This document shows positions 56,282 to 64,000 of a DNA stretch of 64,000 bases, one piece after another. The stretch lies in the NCBI RefSeq assembly GCF_011386835.1, contig NC_088795.1, forward strand, positions 14,508,001 to 14,572,000. The letters run 5' to 3'. Position numbers and translations under genes: made by a program. This DNA is from Chrysemys picta bellii. Its lineage: Eukaryota. Numbering within the stretch: position 1 is the stretch's first letter; each line of letters begins with the position of its first letter. The notes under the pieces were generated by a model, which saw nothing but the letters and a program-made list of their open reading frames with translations, had not been told where the DNA came from and searched no databases.

Positions 56282-57880
56282 ATGGGCGCGGGCCGGGGCT
56301 GCGCGCTGCTGCTGCTGCTCTGGGGGGCGGCCCGGGCCGCGGCGGCGGCTCCCCCGCTGTGCAACGTGAGCCTGGAGCAGGAGCCGCGGCAGCGCTGGCT
56401 GCCCGCCCTGCGGCACTTCGACCCGGCCTTCCTGCGGGCGGCGCTGGCCCGGGTCATCGAGTGAGTGAGTGAGCGGGCGGGCTGGGGGGAGCAGCGCCCG
56501 TCCCCGCTGTCTGCCCCTCCCCCCCCAGGTCCCACACCCAGCCTGGGGCGCGGCTCGGGATCCCCCCCCCCCCCGCCTGCCTCCGTTTTTCCGAGGGCGC
56601 CCATCACCGTGGCGTCTGGCCGGTGGGCTCTGCCCAGCCCCGCTCCGGCGGGCGCCTGGAGCCAGCAGCGCGCCCCGAGGGCCCAGGGAGACCCCCAGCC
56701 CGGCACAGGTGTGAGTGCGGGCAGCCCTTGCTCTCCGCTCGCCTTCCCCAGCCGCTTCCTTTGCCTTGTGTCTTGTCCGGGGCTTCTCAAAGTGGGGGTT
56801 ATGAGCTGTCAGCCTCCACCCCAAGCCCCGCTTTGCCTCCAGCATTTATAATGGTGTTAAATATATAAAAAAGTGTTTTTAATTTATTGGGGGGGGGGGT
56901 CGCACTCAGAGGCTTGCTGTGTGAAAGGGGTCACCAGGACAAAACTTTGGGAACCGCTGATCTTGTCCTCATCCGATCTCCCTGTGCCGGGACGGCACCT
57001 GCTGGATGGGACCAGAGCTGCTGTGGTGTTTCGAGCTTGCCCTGGGGCTCTGCCGGCTGAGTAGCTGCATTGGTAGCAGGCTTAGGGGCTGTGCAGCGGG
57101 GCCCTGGAAGGCCATGTTGCGAGTGGGTGAGGGGAGGATGGGCTCATACTTTGTGCACCTGGGAGGAAGGGGAGGTAGCTGTTTCTGGCCCCTAGGCTGG
57201 GCGAGGGCTGCACCAGCCGGTGTGTGCTCTGAGTGATGGTGGATTTTGCTAGCATCACGCCCCCAATGCTCAGACTTTATGTAAGTAGAGTGGATGTCAC
57301 CCTAATAAATAGCAATTTTAAAACCCCCAATACCACGGTGATAGCACGTTAGAAATGTATAAAATTAGGAGTTTGAGGGACCTAATGGTAGATGGAAAAA
57401 GCATTGCATCCTGTAAACCCTTAAGCACGTGCTTAACTTTCCATGAATCCTGCTGGACGCTGTGGGATTACTCATGTGGATAAATGTCTGTGGGATTGAG
57501 GGATAAGGTCGTGAGCCCTACAGGCAGCCTAGCACAAGTGTGGCTGTTAATTAATAATTGATAATGCAAAACAACTTTGTTTGGGACTGAGCAGCTGGGC
57601 AGTAAATCCAATAACTGGTTAACTTGTGAGCTGTAGATACTGTTTATACCACTCTAATTGCCCACACCCATCTTCAAGGGAAGGATTAGCTTGATATTTT
57701 GGGTTTGTCTTTCAGTGAAACTGTACCTAAGTGGGTCCATGCTGCCATTCGGCCAGTAGCAGAAGAACTGGAGTTTTTTATCCCGCAACCCTTTGCAGGA
57801 GAGATCCTGGGAATGTGCAAGGCACTGGGGATTAGTGTTGGAGATGGAATTCTCATCAATTTGGCCTATGAATTTTCTGC
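56282..57880 (+). CDS. NAAA: N-acylethanolamine acid amidase, exons 1-2 (gene continues beyond the window)
   Basis: Exon 1 56282-56460: MGAGRGCALLLLLWGAARAAAAAPPLCNVSLEQEPRQRWLPALRHFDPAFLRAALARVI. Exon 2 57716-57880: (D)ETVPKWVHAAIRPVAEELEFFIPQPFAGEILGMCKALGISVGDGILINLAYEFS. Matches the NAAA alpha-chain motifs (NVSL..RWLP.LRH, VPKWVH, PQPF.GEI.GMC, NLAYE) and lies downstream of SDAD1 as in mammals. Confidence 0.93.
56778..56959. mobile_element. hAT-type MITE
   Basis: Ends CGGGGCTTCTCAAA and TTTGGGAACCGCTG; TSD GTCTTGTC/ATCTTGTC. Confidence 0.75.
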
Positions 57881-58115
57881 GTAAGTATCTCACTTATTCT
57901 GGGAAATAAACTCAGAATATTCCAATTTTAAGGAAGCGGAGGGGTGTGTCTCAATGCAAAAGGGCTATACATTATGATTGATTGAAGATAATAAATCTCT
58001 GATCTAATATATGAGATGGAATCAGACTGAATTTTGAGCGTATAAATCAATCAAGCAACATTAATGCTCTAATGGGGGGTGAGATGGTTCAGTGCAGTAA
58101 TGTATATATTGAAAC

Positions 58116-59760
58116 TAGGGCTGTTGATTAATCGCAATTAACTCATGATTAACTCAAAACAATAGCAATGAAAAAAATTTATTGCAGTTAATCGCAGTGT
58201 TAAACAACAATAGAATACCAACTAAAATTTATTATTTATTTTGGATGTTTTTCTACATTTTCAAATATATCTATTTCAATTACAACACAATACAAAGTGT
58301 ACAGTGCTCACTTTATATTATTTTTATTATAAATATTTGCACCGTAAAAATGATAAAGAAATAATATTTTTCAGTTCACCTTATACAAGTACTGCAGTGC
58401 AATCTCTTTATCATGAAAGCGCAACTTACAAATGTAGGTTTTTTTGTTGACTGCACTCAAAAACAAAACAGTGTAAAACTTTAGAGCCTACAAGTCCACT
58501 CAGTCCTACTTCTTGTTCAGCCAATCGCTAAGAGAAATAAGTTTGTTTACATTTATGGGAGATAATGCTGGCCACTTCTTCATTACAATGTAACCTGAAA
58601 GCGAGAACAGGCATTCGCGTGGCACTGTTGTAGCCAGTGTCGCAATATATTTATGTGCCAGATGTGCTAAAGATTCATATGCATCTTTATGCTTCGGCCA
58701 TCGTTCCAGAGGACATGCTTCCATGCTGATGATGCTTGTTAAAAAAAAATGCGTTAATTAAATTTGTGACTGAACTCCTTGGGGGAGAATTGTATGCCTC
58801 TTGCTCTGTTTTATCCGCATTCTGCCATATATTTCATGTGATAGCTGTCTCGGATGATGACCTAGCACACGTTGTTCGTTTTAAGAACACTTTCACTGCA
58901 AATTTGACAAAATGCAAAGAAAATACCAATGTGACGTTTCTAAAGATAGCTACAGCATTCGACCCAAGGTTTAAGAATCTCAAGTGCCTTCCAAAATCTG
59001 AGAGGGACGAGGTGTGGAGCATGCTTTCAGAAGACTTAAAAGAGCAACACTCTGATGCGGAAACTACAAAACCCAAACCACCAAAAAAAATGTCACCAGC
59101 AGAAAGTTCATTTTCTGACTCATAATGTTGAAAATGATCATGCGTCGGTCTACACTGCTTTGGATGGTTTATCAAGCAGAACCCATCATCCGCATGGGCG
59201 CATGTCCCCTGGAATGGTGGTTGAAGCATGAAGGGAAATATGAATCTATAGTGTATCTGGCATGTAAATATCTTGCGACACTAGCTACAACAGTGCCATG
59301 CAAATGCCTGTTCTCACTTTCAGGTGACATTGTAACCAAGAAGCAGGCAGCATTATCTTCTGCAAATGTAAACACTTGTTTGTCTGAATGATTGGCTGAA
59401 CAAGAAGTAGGACTGATTGGACTTGTAGATTCTAAAGTTTTACCTTGATTTATTTTTGAATGCAGGTTTTTTTTTGTACATAATTATACATTTGTAAGTT
59501 GCACTTTCATGATAAAGAAATTGCACTACAGTACTTGTATTAGGTGAATGGAAAAATACTATTTCTTTTGTTTTTTACAGTGCAAATATTTGTAGTCAAA
59601 AATAAAGTGAGCACTGTACATTTTGTATTCTGTGTTGTAATTGAAATCAATATATTTGAAAATGTAGAAAACGTCCAAAAATATTTAAATAAATGGTATT
59701 CTATTATTGTTTACAGCACGATTAATCGCAGTTAATTTTTTTAATCGCTTGACAGCCCTA
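58116..59760. mobile_element. Fold-back non-autonomous hAT element (1645 bp) with ZBED-like transposase remnants on both strands
   Basis: TAGGGCTGT / ACAGCCCTA ends with TSD ATTGAAAC/ATTGAAAA. The hATC-like peptide CPLEWW..HE.KY..LA.KYLAT.ATTVP.E.LFSLSG.IV.KK is present on both - (58506-58724) and + (about 59176-59409). Confidence 0.88.
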
Positions 59761-61070
59761 ATTGAAAAGTCAAAGCAAACTGGCAAGGAGCATCACTTCA
59801 AAAGCTCATTAGATCCTCAACAATTAAAAAGTAAATTAGATTTGTTTAGTCATTTAGGCAGTAGGATTTCACTCAAAAAGCAGAAGTAAGGAGGATTTGT
59901 CTGCTCTGGGAAAATGAGTTCTATTCTGTTTTGTTTATTTTTAAAAAGTTGTTTAAGTATCACTTAGCTTCCAAGTGGAAACAAGTACATTTGTGTTTAA
60001 AACTGTCATGTTAGTTGATTGTGGTTATAGCCGCAACTTACTTTTTGGCTTTGTCTACAGTGGGAAAATGAGGATAGTTCTCTTTCCTACTGTGGACGAA
60101 GCTTAAATGGGGAAAAAAGTTAACTTTTGTTTATTTTCAGTCAGTTAGTGCACGAGGAAACAGAAACAGCACTGCAGAGAAATGTTTAATTTAAAAAAAA
60201 AATGACTAAAATTTTTCATCTGGAAAAATTTGCTCTCCATGTTTGGTTTTGACCCCTTTTCGTCACAGTAGCTGAATGTTGGGCTCACTCTAGGTGACAC
60301 TGTCTCTTTGCAAGCATAACTATTTGATAAAACACTTATTTAAAGGCCAGATATAACCATGTGCAATGCACCTGCTGTGAGGTAGTCAGTGCCCTCTGCT
60401 AACAATGAAGCCATTAGGAGTTGAGGTTTCTCCGCACCACACTGGATTGGGCCCTAAAACATATGTGAGGTGGTGATGAAATAGCAACAGAAAGTTAATT
60501 TGTTGCTAATCATTTCTGTGATCTAAACATAATATATTTTACATGTAATCCTGTAAAAACCGCCTGGGTGCTGTGTTTGGAATCCTAGAGTGCTGCATAT
60601 TATGAAACAAGGGTGACATATTTTTTTCTTTATCAGTTTTCTTAGGCATCTATTCTCTTTTATGGAAACAGTCCGCCACTATTACCATAAGCAGTAGGTT
60701 ATTACATAAGGTGTGTGTACCTTATTTAGACAGGGAAAAATACTGCATTAACACATTCCTTCTAGTTCAGATCAAAGGTATCCTGAGTGTAACTGGGTGC
60801 AGTTCCATTGGAGTCCTTGGAGTTGCACCTGTTTAAAAAAGAGCTGAATATGGCTTTTAGAGTTGGGTATATGCTACTTTGGAGTGTGCTGTGATCTACA
60901 AGTGATGATCAAACGTTCAATAATCATTCAAGTGTTACTGCATGACACAGATGCCACTCACAGTGAACAAAATTCTATATTTTTTAATAGGAGATTTTTA
61001 TTTTGTGATGTGTAAGTTATTTCTTAATGCTAATAAAGGCCAGATAGCTCTGGTTAATTACTTTCTAGCT

Positions 61071-61381
61071 CAGGGGTCGGCAACCTTTCAGAAGTGATGT
61101 GCCGAGTCTTCATTAATTCACTCTAATTTAAGGTTTCGCGTGCCAGTAATACATTTTAACGTTTTTAGAAGATCTCTTTCTATAAGTCTTTAATATATAA
61201 CTAAACTATTGTTGTATGTAAAGTAAATAAGGTTTTTAAAATGTTTAAGAAGCTTCATTTAAAATTAAATTAAAATGCAGAGTCCCCCGGACCGGTGGCC
61301 AGGACCGGGGCAGTGTGAGTGCCACTGAAAATCAGCTCGCGTGCCGCCTTCGGCACCCATGCCATAGGTTACCTATCCCTG
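61071..61381. mobile_element. hAT-type MITE, 311 bp
   Basis: CAGGGGTCGGCAAC / GTTACCTATCCCTG ends; perfect TSD TTCTAGCT. Confidence 0.88.
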
Positions 61382-61722
61382 TTCTAGCTGAAGAGTTGTC
61401 TGTTAAGAGTTAAAGACTGTCAGGTATGGTTTGCTATGAGGGAACATTATTATAGTGAGACCAATTGCTGTAATTAAGGTTATATAACAATTTGCCTTTC
61501 ACACTCCTGTTTTCAGTTACTTATAACTTTATAACTTCTCTGAACTTTAGTTTTCAAGTAGGGGGAGAGTGGAAAAAATTATGTTTTCATCAGTATAAAA
61601 ATGTTTTTGGAGGCTTTTTTTTCCCCTTTGTTTAAGTTTAAATGCTGCAACAGCTGATGTAAGGAAGCTGAAGTTGAAATTTGGTGGGGATATCTCTCTC
61701 ATTAAAGGAAAGTATCTTAATG

Positions 61723-62270
61723 CTCTGTTATTCGACATTGGTGAGGCCTCATCTGGAATACTGTGTCCAGTTTTGGGCCCCACACTACAAGAAGGATGTG
61801 GAAAAATTGGAAAGAGTCCAGCGGAGGGCAACAAAAATGATTAGGGGTCTGGAGCACATGACTTATGAGGAGAGGCTGAGGGAACTGGGATTGTTTAGTC
61901 TCCAGAAGAGAAGAATGAGGGGGGATTTGATAGCAGCCTTCAACTACCTGAAGGGGGGTTCCAAAGAGGATGGAGCTCGGCTGTTCTCAGTGGTGGCAGA
62001 TGACAGAACAAGGAGCAATGGTCTCAAGTTGCAGTGGGGGAGGCCCAGGTTGGATATCAGGAAAAACTATTTCACTAGGAGGGTGGTGAAACACTGGAAT
62101 GCGTTACCTAGGGAGGTGGTGGAGTCTCCTTCCTTGGAGGTTTTTAAGGCCCGGCTTGACAAAGCCCTGGCTGGGATGATTTAGCTGGGAATTGGTCCTG
62201 CTTTTAGCAGGGGGTTGGACTAGATGACCTCTTGAGGTTCCTTCCAACTCTGATATTCTATGATTCTATG
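61723..62270 (+). mobile_element. Young 5'-truncated CR1 LINE (ORF2 C-terminus plus 3' UTR)
   Basis: Open frame [55 protein letters not shown]...[12 protein letters not shown], with terminal (ATTCTATG)2. Confidence 0.93.
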
Positions 62271-62452
62271 AAAATTTATTTTGATTTGACCAAGTCTGAG
62301 CATTTGAAAATCACATTCTACATAAGTGCAGTGAGATTTTAGCTAAGAAATGCTAAACTTATAATATGCACTGCTAAAGGTCATGCTACAAATGCTTGAG
62401 TGGCAAATTTAGCAATCCAGTAACAATGAGCTGTGAATGCCCCAATCACTAT

Positions 62453-62855
62453 TAGAGCTGGTTGTGAAATTTTTGACCCAACTCTTTGACAGACAATGCC
62501 AATTCATTAAAACGGAAATTGTTTGTGGGAAAGGGTTGGTTTCGACAGATATCTTGTGTCTCACAGTTTCTGGGAAAGTTTTGAAATTGTCGAAATGTCT
62601 TGTTTTGAAACATTTGAAATGAAAAATTTCCATTTTTCTGTTCAAAATGACTTTTCATTTAGAAATTTAAGTTAATTATAGTTTAAATATAAAACATTAA
62701 AAGGTTGAAATCAAAACAAAGCGTTTTGATTGACCTAAACAGATATTTTTTTTTAATTGTCAGTTTGCAAAAACTTTTGAGACTGTAACTTTTTGTCCCA
62801 ATTTGGGACAGGAAAATTTTCCCAAGACAGGAAAAATATTTCCCACCCAGCTCTA
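62453..62855. mobile_element. AT-rich hAT-type MITE
   Basis: TAGAGCTGG / CCAGCTCTA ends; degenerate TSD ATCACTAT/TTCGCTAT. Confidence 0.7.
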
Positions 62856-64000
62856 TTCGCTATGTCTTGTAAGACAAAAAGCTGCACAACTCCTGGGATT
62901 AACTTCCATGGGCCTCATGATGAGTAAGGTAGGGCATTGCAGAGATGTTAAGTTGCACAGTTAAGTACTGAGGTCAGGCGCAGTTAGTGTTAAAAGGCTG
63001 CATGTGTAATTTGAACTCCTCTATTTTGTGTACATACATTGTAATACAGTCTTTCATTACATGATTAAATCCTGTTTCTTAAATAATATAATTTTTTTCT
63101 ACAGCCATAAGTACATATAATTTATTAAAGTCTGATACATTTATATCATTTTCATTGTCAATAATTCAATATATTTTTTTATTTTTGCCTTTAGAAAGTT
63201 GAGAACCAATATATAAAGCATGCATTTTAATATCGGGCCCAATCCTGCTATATTAAGGGTAATTATTGTTTTAGGCAAGGGAGAAGAGAGAGACCTAGCT
63301 AAGTTAATTCTTTTTAACTTGACCCCAGGCTTGTCAAGGTAAATGTAGATGCACCATTTATTTTATGGGCATAATTTTAGATTTTCCCCAACTTATTTTG
63401 TATCCAAAGAAACTGCTGAACTGGTTGATAATTTGCAGCGGACTGGGGATTGGTACCTTTAAGGTTAGTGAACGAAAGCAGCATGTTACCTGCTTGAAAA
63501 GATATTTTTATGGTTGGAGGAAACTGAGATGCCTACATACCAAGAGTAGCACCTGACCTTTATAACTAGGAGTTATAGTGCTGGGTTCTAATTGTGTTTG
63601 TCCTATAAATAACTTTCATGGACTCTGTTGGTCTGTCAGACAAGAGTACATAGTACTAGAGAATATTATAGATGTGTATCGAAGTCAATAAAAACAATTG
63701 TATGGCAATATGTACAGTATAGAAATGGTATATAATTAAAGATGGCATTGTAATATATATTCTGAAAGGGATGGAGAGAAGGTTGCAAACGCAACTTTTA
63801 CTTTCACATCTGAATGTTTACATTGCTTTGTGGTCTCAACATGTTTTTTTTAAACTGTAGCTGTTTAACATTTGTATATGCAATGCCATAAGTGTTAATG
63901 ACACTTTACAGAGAAAATAAAATTAAAGATTCAGTCACTGCTGTAAGAAATTTCCTGAAAAATTATTCAATATTGAAAAAATGTCTGTTTTGGGGTTTTT

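Noticed and set aside
56007-56868. Long ORFs (238 and 215 aa minus strand; 120 and 128 aa plus strand) over the NAAA 5' end
   Set aside because: CpG-island low-complexity frames overlapping NAAA exon 1 and a MITE.
58506-59391. ZBED1-like domesticated gene
   Set aside because: Fragmented, present on both strands, and enclosed by TIRs and a TSD; a decayed transposon.
57881-64000. NAAA exon 3 (FCTSIVAQD..., containing the catalytic Cys)
   Set aside because: No matching exon was found by eye before the window end; it presumably lies downstream. This is not evidence of pseudogenization.
1-64000. CRISPR arrays, rRNA, tRNA genes or prokaryotic systems
   Set aside because: Spliced vertebrate genes throughout; no regularly spaced direct repeats; the tRNA-like boxes belong to SINEs.

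Overview
Vertebrate genomic DNA, most likely a turtle (inferred from the repeat families: Penelope-like elements with hammerhead motifs, CR1, hAT/Harbinger/Tc1 MITEs). All genes are on the + strand in the order CXC chemokine x3 -> SDAD1 -> NAAA, the same order and orientation as the mammalian CXCL11/10/9-SDAD1-NAAA locus. Bases 1-22047 are a tandem array of about 8-8.7 kb units. Each unit carries an intact 4-exon ELR-negative CXCL10-like chemokine gene (109, 100 and 100 aa) with an ISRE/NF-kB/TATA promoter. SDAD1 is complete: 22 exons, all read by hand with GT-AG borders, 691 aa. NAAA exons 1-2 follow; exon 3 was not found in the window. Most interesting observations: (i) replacement-only divergence of the receptor-contacting N-terminus between young chemokine paralogs, including a Q-L versus Q-P (DPP4 site) switch; (ii) a set of roughly 130-210 bp fold-back Penelope insertions with 11-12 bp target-site duplications (TSDs) whose turn points cluster at the hammerhead ribozyme; (iii) 33 bp of SDAD1 intron sequence copied into the deletion junction of a hAT element 13 kb away; (iv) an isolated perfect 30-bp hairpin in SDAD1 intron 18. 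All alignments were done by eye; no database searches were run.
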